NCBI GenBank assembly: GCA_965206745.1
Contig: OZ242220.1
Location: forward strand, 480,001-544,000
DNA: 64,000 nucleotides
Reading direction: 5' to 3'
Source of the DNA: Nitrosopumilus sp.
GTDB lineage: Archaea > Thermoproteota > Nitrososphaeria > Nitrososphaerales > Nitrosopumilaceae
How positions within the stretch are numbered: position 1 is the stretch's first letter; every line of letters begins with the position of its first letter. Made by a program: the position numbers and the translations under genes. The notes beneath the pieces were generated by a model. That model saw only the letters and a list, made by a program, of their open reading frames with translations. It was not told the origin of the DNA and made no database searches. This document shows, piece after piece, positions 1 to 9,777 of the stretch.

Positions 1-1844
1 TCAAGTTCCGATAGGATCCACCTGTCTGATGCTGCAAGCTTGCCTGATTCTACCACTGGAAAGCTGGATAGGAACCTTGAGACGTTCCACAGCTTGCTGA
101 GAAACTTTTTAGTCGACTCGATCTTTTGCTCGTTGCACCTGAAATCATATCCGTGATTAACCTCGCTTGCACTCCAAAACCTGAATGTGTCTGCGCCAAA
201 CTTTTCAATTATCGGCAGTGGGTCTATGGCATTGCCCTTGCTCTTGCTCATCTTCATCCCCTTTTCATCCAGCCCGTAACCCATGACCCACGCCTCTGAC
301 CACGGCTTTTTACCTGTCAGCTGCTCGCATCTGAGCAGTGTATAGTATAACCACGTCCTGACGATATCCTTTGCCTGCGGCCTGATTGAGGCTGGATACA
401 CCTTTTTGAAAAACTCTTCATCTTTACCAAACCTGCTGATGAAAAGCGGGGACACGCTAGAGTCCATCCATGTATCAAAGGTTCGCTGCTCGCCTGTAAA
501 TTCTACAGAGTCACACTTTGTACATTTGCTGATGGGGCATTTCTCCTCCCATGGCCTGTAATATCTTCCGGGTTCTGGTACATGCGGCTCTGAGCATTTT
601 TTGCAGTACCATATTGGGATCTCAGTCCCATAGTACCTTCGCCTTGAGATTGGCCAGTCCATGTTGATGGACTCCAGCCAGTTCATCAGAATCTGCTTGT
701 GCATCGGCGGGTGAAACGATATCTCCTCTCCCAGACCTTTTATCTTTGGAACTGATTCCTTTTGCTTTAGATAGTACTCCTCCATCGGAATGATCTCAAT
801 TGGTATCTTGCTTCTCTCTGATACCGGCGTTCTATGAATGATATCCTCTGTCTTTTCCAAAAATCCTCCCGCACTGAGATCTTCAATGATCTTTGTCCTT
901 GCCTGCTTTGGCTTTAGCCCCTCATAACTGCCTGCAGCACTGGTCATCTTACCATCTAACCCTATTGCGACAATCTCTTCCAACTCCAGTTCCCTGAATA
1001 GCGCCACGTCATTTTGATCACCATAGCTGCACACCATTACGGCACCTGAACCAAATTCCTGCTGGGCAGAGTGGTGTGTCCTCAGCTCAACTTCTGCGTT
1101 TGTTATTGGCACGATCACTTTTTTTCCAATGTACGGCGCATACCTTTGGTCCTCGGGGTTTACAATGATCGTCCTGCATGCACAGAGCAGCTCCGGTCTC
1201 GTACTTGCAATTATTATCTCCTTGCCGTCATGTTTCATTTTAAACTTCATGTATACCAGCTTTGTTGCTAGCTCCTCGTAGGCTATCTCTGCATCTGCAA
1301 TGGTCGTACCTGAGACCCAGTCGTAGTTGTTTGGCCTGTTTGCAAGGTATATCTGCCCTTTCTTCCACAAGTCGATAAACGTTGATTGGGTAAGTGCCCT
1401 GTACTCTTTGGAATCTGTCCTGTAATAGTTTGCAAGATCCCCGCTGATACCCAAACTTTTCATGATGAGAATCATCTCTGCCTCCAAGTCGTCTAGTGCC
1501 TCCCTGCACAGGTTCAGGAACTCGCCCCTGTCTGTCTCCCTCATTCTGATGCCGTGCTTCTTCTCTGTGTATAGTTCGACTGGGAGCCCGTTCCTGTCAA
1601 TTCCTATTGGAAAGTAGACGTTCTTGCCTGCCATCCTTGCAGTACGCGCAATCATGTCAATCTGTGAATAGTGTGCAGCAGCTCCAATGTGCCAGGGCCT
1701 GCCTGACGGGTATGGGGGCGGGGTGTCTATGGTATAGTTGTCATTTTGTGGTGTGAAATCATAAATCTTTTCTGCCTCCCACTGCTTTAGAATTCCCTTT
1801 TCAAGTTCGGGGTTCCATGCCTTTTCTGATATTTTGGGTTCCAT
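1..1844 (-). CDS. valS: valine--tRNA ligase (partial; continues past window start)
   Basis: Manual translation from ATG at 1844 gives MEPKISEKAWNPELEK..TIDTPPPYPSGRPWHIGAAAH (HIGH-like motif). A KMSKS motif lies at about 240-255. Absent from the ORF track because no stop falls inside the window. Confidence 0.93.
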   Translation of the reverse strand, partial: MEPKISEKAWNPELEKGILKQWEAEKIYDFTPQNDNYTIDTPPPYPSGRPWHIGAAAHYSQIDMIARTARMAGKNVYFPIGIDRNGLPVELYTEKKHGIRMRETDRGEFLNLCREALDDLEAEMILIMKSLGISGDLANYYRTDSKEYRALTQSTFIDLWKKGQIYLANRPNNYDWVSGTTIADAEIAYEELATKLVYMKFKMKHDGKEIIIASTRPELLCACRTIIVNPEDQRYAPYIGKKVIVPITNAEVELRTHHSAQQEFGSGAVMVCSYGDQNDVALFRELELEEIVAIGLDGKMTSAAGSYEGLKPKQARTKIIEDLSAGGFLEKTEDIIHRTPVSERSKIPIEIIPMEEYYLKQKESVPKIKGLGEEISFHPPMHKQILMNWLESINMDWPISRRRYYGTEIPIWYCKKCSEPHVPEPGRYYRPWEEKCPISKCTKCDSVEFTGEQRTFDTWMDSSVSPLFISRFGKDEEFFKKVYPASIRPQAKDIVRTWLYYTLLRCEQLTGKKPWSEAWVMGYGLDEKGMKMSKSKGNAIDPLPIIEKFGADTFRFWSASEVNHGYDFRCNEQKIESTKKFLSKLWNVSRFLSSFPVVESGKLAASDRWILSEL

Positions 1845-1851
1845 TTTCTTG

Positions 1852-2667
1852 CTATCTTGAGATGTTTGAGATGATGTGGGATCCCTTGTTGTAACCCTCG
1901 TAAATGTATACTCCGACTGCCTCAACGTTTGATGGCATCTTTGGCGCTAATAGCTTGATAATTTCACTTGAAAGATTCTCTACTGTAGCCTCTCCCTCTA
2001 GCAGGTATGTGGTATTCTTTGGAACCTGCAGCTCAAACATTCCCTTTGGTCCCTCAAACCGAATATGATAGTGCGAGTCATCCTCTTTCTGCAGGTATCT
2101 CTTGTTGATGAAAAACTTGTGATCAAATATGTTTACAACCCCCTTGATTATTTTCTTTGCCTCCCCGAAATCCAAGAGAAGGTTGTCCTTCATCTGTCCT
2201 ATCAGCTCGACCATTACGGAGGACGTGTGTCCGTGCAGGATGGAGCATTTCTCGACCAGCGGGAGTATGTGTGCATAGTCAAATGAGAATGACGCATCTT
2301 CTAAAAATATGGAGCCTGTCTGTGGAGTCTTGTCATAAAATACAATGTCCTGCAGCTCCTTTATCTGCGCGACATACTTTGCATGGCCTATTGCCATGAC
2401 CTTCTCTTCTGGACGGTCCTCCTTGATTCTTTTGTACTTTTCAATGTCCTCATCAGTGTCAATGACCTCGATTAGTCCATTTTCTGTCTTAAAGTCAACT
2501 AGGACCTCCTTGCCGTCACTTAGTGCCAGTTTGTGGTTGTACTGGTATTCATGTCCCAGAAAGGTGAGCATCTGCGCTACTGTCAGCTCTGTTCTGGTTT
2601 TGAGCAGGTTTCCCTTTTTGTCGATATATCGGAAATCTGAATCTAAAACTGTGGGACTTGATGCCAT
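1852..2667 (-). CDS. queD: 6-carboxytetrahydropterin synthase (QueD/PTPS family) with extra N-terminal domain
   Basis: C-terminal half has FDYAH..C..LHGH, LLDFG, FDH and TVENL motifs of the PTPS/QueD T-fold. About 115 extra aa at the N-terminus. Confidence 0.8.
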   Translation of the reverse strand: MASSPTVLDSDFRYIDKKGNLLKTRTELTVAQMLTFLGHEYQYNHKLALSDGKEVLVDFKTENGLIEVIDTDEDIEKYKRIKEDRPEEKVMAIGHAKYVAQIKELQDIVFYDKTPQTGSIFLEDASFSFDYAHILPLVEKCSILHGHTSSVMVELIGQMKDNLLLDFGEAKKIIKGVVNIFDHKFFINKRYLQKEDDSHYHIRFEGPKGMFELQVPKNTTYLLEGEATVENLSSEIIKLLAPKMPSNVEAVGVYIYEGYNKGSHIISNISR

Positions 2668-2826
2668 GTCACGTCAACTGACTCTGGATATAATATAAAT
2701 TCACAAGGGCATCTGTGCCGTTATAATGCATATTTTACAATGCCAAAGCCCATGCTGAATACCTTTTTCAGGCGTGAATTGACTCTGATATATTGGGAAA
2801 ACGTAAGGTTTGGGATTAGAATTCAA

Positions 2827-4812
2827 TCATTTTTGATTTTTTTTATTATCTTCAATTTTTTTGTATTCTATAAATTTTTTATGACAAGATTCTGCTTCTG
2901 CATATCTTCCAAGAACATGAAGAGACTTTTTTTTACCATCCCATGCTTTTAAGTTACGATGTTCAATTTCTAAAATTTTGTTAAAACCTTGAATCATTGA
3001 TTCTTCATATTTGCCAAGTTGATACAGTGCAGCGCCTTTATTCTGCAGTGCATCGATATTTGTTGCATCAATAGATAATATTTCATCAAAACATTCATCT
3101 ATTGCTATTTGTTGTTTACCTATCTTTAGTAAGCACACTCCTTTATTATTATAAGCTGCAATGTCCTCGGCATCAATAGATAACATTTTATTCAAAACTA
3201 TGATTGCTTCATCAAATCTATTCATCTTTCTAAGAGAGACAGATTTAAAATCTAGGTAATCTAAATTGTATGGATGATCTTTTATCAATGGATCAAAACA
3301 TTCATCAATTGATCTTTGATATTCTTTCAATGAAACAAATGCAGATCCTTTTCTCTTTAATGCCTGTGTATTTTTAGAATCAACCTGCAATATTTCATCA
3401 AATACTGATATGGCATCTACAAATTTATCTGATGCTGTTAATGTGCCTGCTTTTCCAAATAATGCATCTGTCATATTTGGTTCAAGTAAAAGAACTTGCT
3501 CAAAATATTCTAAAGCCTTATCGTACTGTTTTAATCGACTTAATGTGACCCCCATATTGTTTAGACCCGGAATACTATTTGGATTTTCTTTTAGTATTTT
3601 TTGAAGAATAACTAGAGCTTCATCTGATTTATCTAAATGACCTAGACATACTGATTTGTATTCCAATACACGTAAATCGTTTGGATTGGAAATTAAATAT
3701 TGATCTATGATTGGTAAAACTTCAGCAAATTTCTTTAGTTTTATCAAGGTACTTGACTTGTTAAATAATGCTGAATCATTTAATGGAGATATCATCAAAA
3801 TCTTATCACAAGTCAAAATTACTTCTTCAAATCTTTTTAAATCAAATAATGCAGAACTTTTTTGCATCAATGCTACCATTGAATCCGATTTAATTTCTAG
3901 AGCTTTATTACAATAATCCAATGATTCTTCATATTGTTTTAATCCTGTTAGTGCTTTTGCTTTATTTACTAAAACAAGTTCATCTTGAGGTTTGATTTTA
4001 AGTGCTTTATCAAAATAAACTATGGATTCTTTGAATTCATCGATCTTTAAAAGAGATACTCCCAAATTATTTATTGCATCTATGTTTTCACCATCAAGTT
4101 TAACTGCTTTTTCAAGTAGAGAGATTGCTTTATCATGTTGTCTTAATTCTGACAATGTTGCGCCTAGGTTTGCTAAAATAATTAGATCTTTTGGATCATT
4201 CTTCAATGCTTTTTCATAAAATAATGATGCTTCTTTGAATTGATCCAAATTGTAAAATGCATGTGCAATTTTGAGTAATGCTCCTGTATTATTTGGATTT
4301 TTTTCCAAATACATCTCGTATGATTTTCGGGCATCATCATAATTTTTTGCATTAAACGATACATTACCTTCTTGCAAGTATCTTTGAGATAGAATGAAAT
4401 CTTTTAATTCCTGATCATTTTTATCCATATATTTTTTTAATTTTTTAGTATCTTCCTTAGATTTTTTAACTGCACGAATGGCAAATACTATAGATATCAC
4501 AAGTCCAGCACCACCTAAACTGATTCCCAGTCTATTTTGATCAGTATTTTTTGTATCTGAAATATCTATTTTATCAATAATATTTTTTGAAATTGAATCT
4601 ATTTTTGATTGTAACTTATCCATATTATCTTGAAAATCTTCTCGTTTAACTGCCGAAGATTCTATTTTATCTAATTTTGTTGTTAGTTCTTCATGTTCGT
4701 TTGAACTAATATTTTGTTCTTCTGTTGCATTAACATTTGCTGTTTGAGAAAATGAGGCAGGAATAATTCCTGTTAGAACCGACAAAACCAGAAGAAGAAA
4801 AATTACTTTCAT
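2827..4812 (-). CDS. membrane-anchored tetratricopeptide repeat protein
   Basis: Signal peptide, coiled-coil-like stretch, TM helix (LGISLGGAGLVISIVFAI), then many tandem 34-aa TPRs (e.g. AINNLGVSLLKIDEFKESIVYFDKALKIKPQDEL). AT-rich relative to flanks. Confidence 0.9.
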   Translation of the reverse strand: MKVIFLLLVLSVLTGIIPASFSQTANVNATEEQNISSNEHEELTTKLDKIESSAVKREDFQDNMDKLQSKIDSISKNIIDKIDISDTKNTDQNRLGISLGGAGLVISIVFAIRAVKKSKEDTKKLKKYMDKNDQELKDFILSQRYLQEGNVSFNAKNYDDARKSYEMYLEKNPNNTGALLKIAHAFYNLDQFKEASLFYEKALKNDPKDLIILANLGATLSELRQHDKAISLLEKAVKLDGENIDAINNLGVSLLKIDEFKESIVYFDKALKIKPQDELVLVNKAKALTGLKQYEESLDYCNKALEIKSDSMVALMQKSSALFDLKRFEEVILTCDKILMISPLNDSALFNKSSTLIKLKKFAEVLPIIDQYLISNPNDLRVLEYKSVCLGHLDKSDEALVILQKILKENPNSIPGLNNMGVTLSRLKQYDKALEYFEQVLLLEPNMTDALFGKAGTLTASDKFVDAISVFDEILQVDSKNTQALKRKGSAFVSLKEYQRSIDECFDPLIKDHPYNLDYLDFKSVSLRKMNRFDEAIIVLNKMLSIDAEDIAAYNNKGVCLLKIGKQQIAIDECFDEILSIDATNIDALQNKGAALYQLGKYEESMIQGFNKILEIEHRNLKAWDGKKKSLHVLGRYAEAESCHKKFIEYKKIEDNKKNQK

Positions 4813-4879
4813 TATGTATTCATAATTTGAAATCTTTCTATTTTATAAATTCTGTAATGGACAACGCCTAGAACCGCAA

Positions 4880-5158
4880 TTATTCTAGGGAATTTAGAAT
4901 CTTGGCCAGACTGACATCGTTTTCTGTAATGCCTCCAGCATCATGGGTAGTCAGCTCTACTGTGATCTTGTTGTACACGTTAAACCACTCTGGATGGTGG
5001 TTCATCTTTTCAATCTCCATGGCTGCCCTGGTCATAAAACCAAATGCCTCATTAAAGCTCCCAAACTCAAACTCTTTGTGCAGTTTCTCATTTACGACAC
5101 TCCAGCCTGGCAGACCTACTAGCTTACTGTCAATATCTGCCTGTGATAGTTTCATCAT
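4880..5158 (-). CDS. pterin-4-alpha-carbinolamine dehydratase
   Basis: [25 protein letters not shown] signature. Confidence 0.93.
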   Translation of the reverse strand: MMKLSQADIDSKLVGLPGWSVVNEKLHKEFEFGSFNEAFGFMTRAAMEIEKMNHHPEWFNVYNKITVELTTHDAGGITENDVSLAKILNSLE

Positions 5159-5232
5159 GCCGTATCTGAAAACAACGTTAAATTAAAAGATTGATTCATT
5201 ACCCTTCCGGAGAGTGCGTGATGTGAGGAATA

Positions 5233-5994
5233 ATGGATGAGATGTGCAAAAAATTACTGGAAAATATTAGCAGCTCCATCTCGCAAACCGTCAGGGAGGG
5301 GAAGATTGGGGTTGCCTTTTCTGGCGGCGTTGACAGCACACTGATTGCCAAGGTCTGCTCGGAGATGAAATATGATGTCACGCTGCTGACCATCGGGTTT
5401 GCCGGTTCCCATGACATGCTGTTTGCAAAAGAAGTCAACGAATACCTAGAGTATCCGCACCACCTGCTAGAAATTGACCCTGAGACATTTGTCGCAGTCT
5501 CCTCCAAAGTCAACCAGACGATAGGCACGGAGAATCTGTCGTGGAATGAAAACTGCATTGCGTTTTACTATGTATCCCAACTGGCAAGCAGCCTGAATCT
5601 TGACACGGTGGTCACTGCAAACGGGATTGATGAATTGTTCTGCGGCTACAATGCGTACAGGGAGGCCTTCTCCGGAGGACAGTCCCAAATTGACAAGGTC
5701 ATGCTTGCCAAGCTGGACAACGAGCTAGACATGATGGAGGCAGTAAACCTTGTCGCATCAGAGTTTGATGTGAGGATACTCCAGCCCCTGCTTGCACCCG
5801 AATTCATCAAGTATGCAAAGACTGTCCCAGTATCTGAAAAGATCCACGACTCTGAGGACCTGTACCGCAAGCACATAATACGTAGACTGGCAACCCAGAT
5901 CAAAGTCCCGGAACTCTCCTGTACAAAACGAAAAAAGGCACTGCAGTACGGCTCTAAAATTCACAAGGCCCTGCTGAAATCCCGAGTAATCTGA
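5233..5994 (+). CDS. asparagine synthase-related PP-loop ATPase (synthase domain only)
   Basis: AFSGGVDS PP-loop, GIDELFCGY, RKKALQYGS. No glutaminase domain. Confidence 0.8.
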   Translation: MDEMCKKLLENISSSISQTVREGKIGVAFSGGVDSTLIAKVCSEMKYDVTLLTIGFAGSHDMLFAKEVNEYLEYPHHLLEIDPETFVAVSSKVNQTIGTENLSWNENCIAFYYVSQLASSLNLDTVVTANGIDELFCGYNAYREAFSGGQSQIDKVMLAKLDNELDMMEAVNLVASEFDVRILQPLLAPEFIKYAKTVPVSEKIHDSEDLYRKHIIRRLATQIKVPELSCTKRKKALQYGSKIHKALLKSRVI

Positions 5995-6084
5995 GATTAT
6001 CTGCCTTTGTTTTCTATATAGTATATGGTACTAGTGTAATCTATGCCTAGAATTTGTAAATACAGTTTTTAGAACCATCTATCA

Positions 6085-7623
6085 ATGAAGACAAAAACAT
6101 CACTACTGATTTTACTTACTGCGCTTACGGCGATCATATCACCGCTGTATGCAGAAGCAGCAATGACACCTGACACACCTGATCCAAGCCAAGAGTTCAC
6201 TATAACTGGGGCAGGGGCGACATTTCCGTTTCCCCTAATTGATCTCTGGAGGGTCGAATACAACAGGGCATATGACAATGTAAACCTCAACTACCAGTCA
6301 ATTGGAAGTGGCGGTGGGATAAAGCAGCATATTGAAAAGACTGTAAACTTTGCAGCATCTGATGTGCCCATGAAGGAGAAGGAGAAGGACCTGGCTCCGG
6401 GAACCTTGCATATTCCAGAATCCATCGGGGGGGTCGTCATAGTGTACAACCTGCCTGAAGTGCCAGATAACGGACTGAAACTGACTGCAGAAGCTGTTGC
6501 CGGAATATTCTTGGGGGACATCACAAGATGGGATGATCCCGTGATTGCCGATGTTAATCCTGACCTGGTCTTGCCTGACAAGGAGATCGTCACAGGGCAC
6601 AGATCAGACGGCTCTGGAACCACCTTCATCTTTACGGACTATCTTACAACTATCAGTCCGAAATGGGATGAGAAGGTAGGCAAGGGCAAGTCTGTTCCAT
6701 GGCCTGTGGGCCTGGCCTCTGCGGGAAATGAGGGCGTTGCAGCAATTGTAAAGTCGACTGAGTATTCAATTGGATACGTTGAACTCGCTTATGCGTTCCA
6801 GACTGGAATGACCTTTGCATCAATTGAAAATTCCGAAAAATCCGCATTCATTGCACCATCTCTGGAGAGCCTCTCTGCTGCTTCAAGCGGCATAGCTGAG
6901 ACACTGCCTGCAACGAAAGACAGCTGGGTGGGAGTCTCACTTGTAAACGCACCTGGCCCAGACTCGTATCCCATAGCAAGTTTCACATACCTGTTACTAT
7001 ACGATGATCTAAAACCGGTAACCAAAAGCAAGGAGCAGGCAAAGGCACTAATCCACATGATCAACTGGATGCTAACTGACGGCCAGGAATATTCGCCAAG
7101 CTTGTTGTACGTTCCACTCTCTGAGAGAATCACAAAACTCGGACAACAGGGACTCAAAGAGGTGACATACGATGGAGAGATTCTCTGGGATGAAAACGCA
7201 TTCTCAGAATCCATGGTCATGAAAGATGACAGGCAGATCTTTGAGGAGGAGAAAGGCGGCTGTCTGATTGCAACTGCAACGTATGGTTCGGAGATGGCAC
7301 CGCAAGTCCAGCTGTTAAGGGAGATAAGGGACAACCAGCTGCAAAACACCGCATCTGGAATGTCATTTATGACCGGATTCAACCAGCTATACTATTCGTT
7401 CTCACCGTACATTGCCGATATGGAGAGGGAAAACCCCGCGTTCAGAGAGATGGTAAAGATTGGAATTACTCCGCTACTGTACTCGTTACACGTGATGCAG
7501 TACGCAGAGTCTGACTCTGAGGTACTGGGGTATGGCATTGGCGTGATAATGATGAATCTTGGAATGTATCTTGCAGCACCTGCAATGCTATTTTATGGAA
7601 TCACCAAAAAATACCGACAGTAA
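6085..7623 (+). CDS. pstS: phosphate ABC transporter substrate-binding protein with C-terminal CFI-box-CTERM-like domain
   Basis: GAGATFP, YQSIGSGGG and RSDGSGTT motifs. C-terminal GGCLIATATYGSEMAPQVQ..TM tail typical of thaumarchaeal surface proteins. Confidence 0.95.
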   Translation: MKTKTSLLILLTALTAIISPLYAEAAMTPDTPDPSQEFTITGAGATFPFPLIDLWRVEYNRAYDNVNLNYQSIGSGGGIKQHIEKTVNFAASDVPMKEKEKDLAPGTLHIPESIGGVVIVYNLPEVPDNGLKLTAEAVAGIFLGDITRWDDPVIADVNPDLVLPDKEIVTGHRSDGSGTTFIFTDYLTTISPKWDEKVGKGKSVPWPVGLASAGNEGVAAIVKSTEYSIGYVELAYAFQTGMTFASIENSEKSAFIAPSLESLSAASSGIAETLPATKDSWVGVSLVNAPGPDSYPIASFTYLLLYDDLKPVTKSKEQAKALIHMINWMLTDGQEYSPSLLYVPLSERITKLGQQGLKEVTYDGEILWDENAFSESMVMKDDRQIFEEEKGGCLIATATYGSEMAPQVQLLREIRDNQLQNTASGMSFMTGFNQLYYSFSPYIADMERENPAFREMVKIGITPLLYSLHVMQYAESDSEVLGYGIGVIMMNLGMYLAAPAMLFYGITKKYRQ

Positions 7624-7644
7624 ACCACAACTTTTTTTATTTTT

Positions 7645-8667
7645 TTAAGATTCTTCTATGACGCTCTGTACCGTCTCATCTATTGCAATCTCTGATATGT
7701 CCCTTGAGTATTCTGCTGTCCTTCTGAGATCCTCTAGAATCAGCTTTATTATCGCAATGTTCTCATCGTGTTTTAGCGAGTCCATCAGTCTCTTCTCCCT
7801 CTCGATAACCTTGGTCACGTTTGTGGCCACATTCTCTGCCATTGTATAGTCTTTTTTTGAGAGTGCCGTGATGGAGTTGTCAAAGACGATGACTGACTCC
7901 CTGCTAATCTGCTCTATCTCTTTTACGATCTTTTTGTTCGTGGACGGTTTCATGTATTTGATCTTTTTGGCAATCATCCCCGCATGGTCTGCAATCCTCT
8001 CCACGCATTTTACCACCGTCCTATACCCCAGGCAGTCCGACGGTTTCTCTATTCCTGAATCCAGCAGGACCTGAACGTTCTCTAGTGCGAGATTCAGGTT
8101 CCTCAACAGGTAGAGGCTGAATCTGTCCACCTCGTCGTCCATCTTGATGATCTCCTCTGCATGCTCCAAATCCAAATCGTTTAGCGCCTCCATGGCTTCC
8201 TCGTGCATGTTCTTGGCAGTTGTATGCATCCTTTTGAGTGCGACACTAAATGACAGCTGTGAGAGCTGTGTCAGTACTTGTAACGTTATCTTTTCAGAAC
8301 TTGCCTCGATGATCTCTGTTCCCATAAGTGTAGTTCTTACCAGATCCCTGATTGCGCCCCTGTGCGTGCTGGTAATTTCTATCCCCTTTGTCCTAATCTC
8401 AATTGTCTTGTAGCCTGAGAGGTATATTGCGATAATCTTTCTCCTTATGGATTCCTTTGAGTCGTTTTTTCCAATTACCGTTGCGGCATTGTTCTTTCTG
8501 ATTTGCTCCCCCTGAAACAGCGTTATTGAGCCGTTGTGATTTTTTACCAGAGTGACATCAGAGTTTTTCTTTAGCTGCAGTTCATCGATCCACTTTTTTG
8601 GCAGTGATACTGTATATGTCGAACCCCCAGTCAACTGGAGCCTTCTGGTCTGTTTTATCTCTGACAT
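7645..8667 (-). CDS. phosphate uptake regulator (AbrB-like N-domain plus PhoU domains)
   Basis: RRLQLTGGSTYTVSLPKKW AbrB-like start; DDEVDR and ERIADHA PhoU motifs. Lies inside the pst cluster. Confidence 0.88.
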   Translation of the reverse strand: MSEIKQTRRLQLTGGSTYTVSLPKKWIDELQLKKNSDVTLVKNHNGSITLFQGEQIRKNNAATVIGKNDSKESIRRKIIAIYLSGYKTIEIRTKGIEITSTHRGAIRDLVRTTLMGTEIIEASSEKITLQVLTQLSQLSFSVALKRMHTTAKNMHEEAMEALNDLDLEHAEEIIKMDDEVDRFSLYLLRNLNLALENVQVLLDSGIEKPSDCLGYRTVVKCVERIADHAGMIAKKIKYMKPSTNKKIVKEIEQISRESVIVFDNSITALSKKDYTMAENVATNVTKVIEREKRLMDSLKHDENIAIIKLILEDLRRTAEYSRDISEIAIDETVQSVIEES

Positions 8668-8805
8668 GTCTTGTAACTATGATGGGACTTTAATTTCTCC
8701 TATTATACTGCTTTTGATCATGATCTATATAGTTCTAAACATCTTTTATACCATACATAATTCATGATCATTTTCAAGATATTCAATAGTTTTCGTTGAG
8801 TTCAT

Positions 8806-9777
8806 GTGGCAGAAAGTCTAGTCAGATCTCGCAGGCCGGTCATGGCTGCAGATAAGATCTTCAAGGTCGGCGCCACGATTGCCGGCTCTTTTGTTCTAGT
8901 TATCATAGTTTTGATGGTATTTCAGCTTGCAGTGGAGTCCTATCCAATCTGGGAGGAGGAGGGACTCGGGTTTGTAATCGGTACTGACTGGAATGCCGCT
9001 GATGGACGGGAGTCATTTGGCGCCCTACCCTACATACTGGGTACGCTTACCACGGCGGCACTTGCCATGCTCATAGGGGTCCCGCTCAGCATCGGCATTG
9101 CAATGTTTGTATCTGATGCGCCGCCAAAGATAGGTGCCCCTCTGGGATTTCTTGTGGAACTATTAGCAGCTGTTCCGAGCATAATTTACGGTCTCTGGGG
9201 ACTGTTTGTATTTAGGACGCACTTTAAGGATCTCATCGAGACCCCGCTTCATGACGCGTTTGGTGACAGCATCTGGCTCTTCTCTGGAACCCCGTTTGGA
9301 TTGGATATCTTTACTGCAAGCATCATACTTGCAATCATGATAATTCCGACAGTCTCCTCTGTTGCACGTGAGGTGATGAAGGCAGTTCCCCAACAGCAAA
9401 AGGAGGCAGCATACATGCTGGGGGCCACAAGATGGGAGATGTTCAAGCTTGCAATCTTTCCGTATTCCAAGACCGGCCTGATTGGCGCATCCATCCTTGG
9501 TCTTGGAAGGGCAGTTGGCGAAACCATGGCAGTAACCATGCTGATTGGCAATGCCACCGGACTCAACGCAATCCCCTCATCCCTGTTCAAGCCAAGTCAG
9601 ACGATGTCAAGTATTATTGCAAACGAGTTTCCCGAGGCATCCCTTGCAGGACTGCATCTTCCTGCCCTGATTGGGGTGGGACTGGTACTGTTGGGAATTG
9701 CAATGTGCATCAATATCGTTGCACATCTTTTGGTAACAAGGATGCTCAAGGTAAAAGAGGGGGCAATAAACAATTGA
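8806..9777 (+). CDS. pstC: phosphate ABC transporter permease
   Basis: ELLAAVPSIIYGLWG, EAA loop (EAAYMLGATRWE), GRAVGETMAV. Confidence 0.95.
   Translation: MAESLVRSRRPVMAADKIFKVGATIAGSFVLVIIVLMVFQLAVESYPIWEEEGLGFVIGTDWNAADGRESFGALPYILGTLTTAALAMLIGVPLSIGIAMFVSDAPPKIGAPLGFLVELLAAVPSIIYGLWGLFVFRTHFKDLIETPLHDAFGDSIWLFSGTPFGLDIFTASIILAIMIIPTVSSVAREVMKAVPQQQKEAAYMLGATRWEMFKLAIFPYSKTGLIGASILGLGRAVGETMAVTMLIGNATGLNAIPSSLFKPSQTMSSIIANEFPEASLAGLHLPALIGVGLVLLGIAMCINIVAHLLVTRMLKVKEGAINN

Noticed and set aside
9432-9773. N-terminal extension of the 422-aa ORF-track call for pstA.
   Set aside because: It overlaps pstC out of frame; the TTG at 9774 gives a normal-length PstA.
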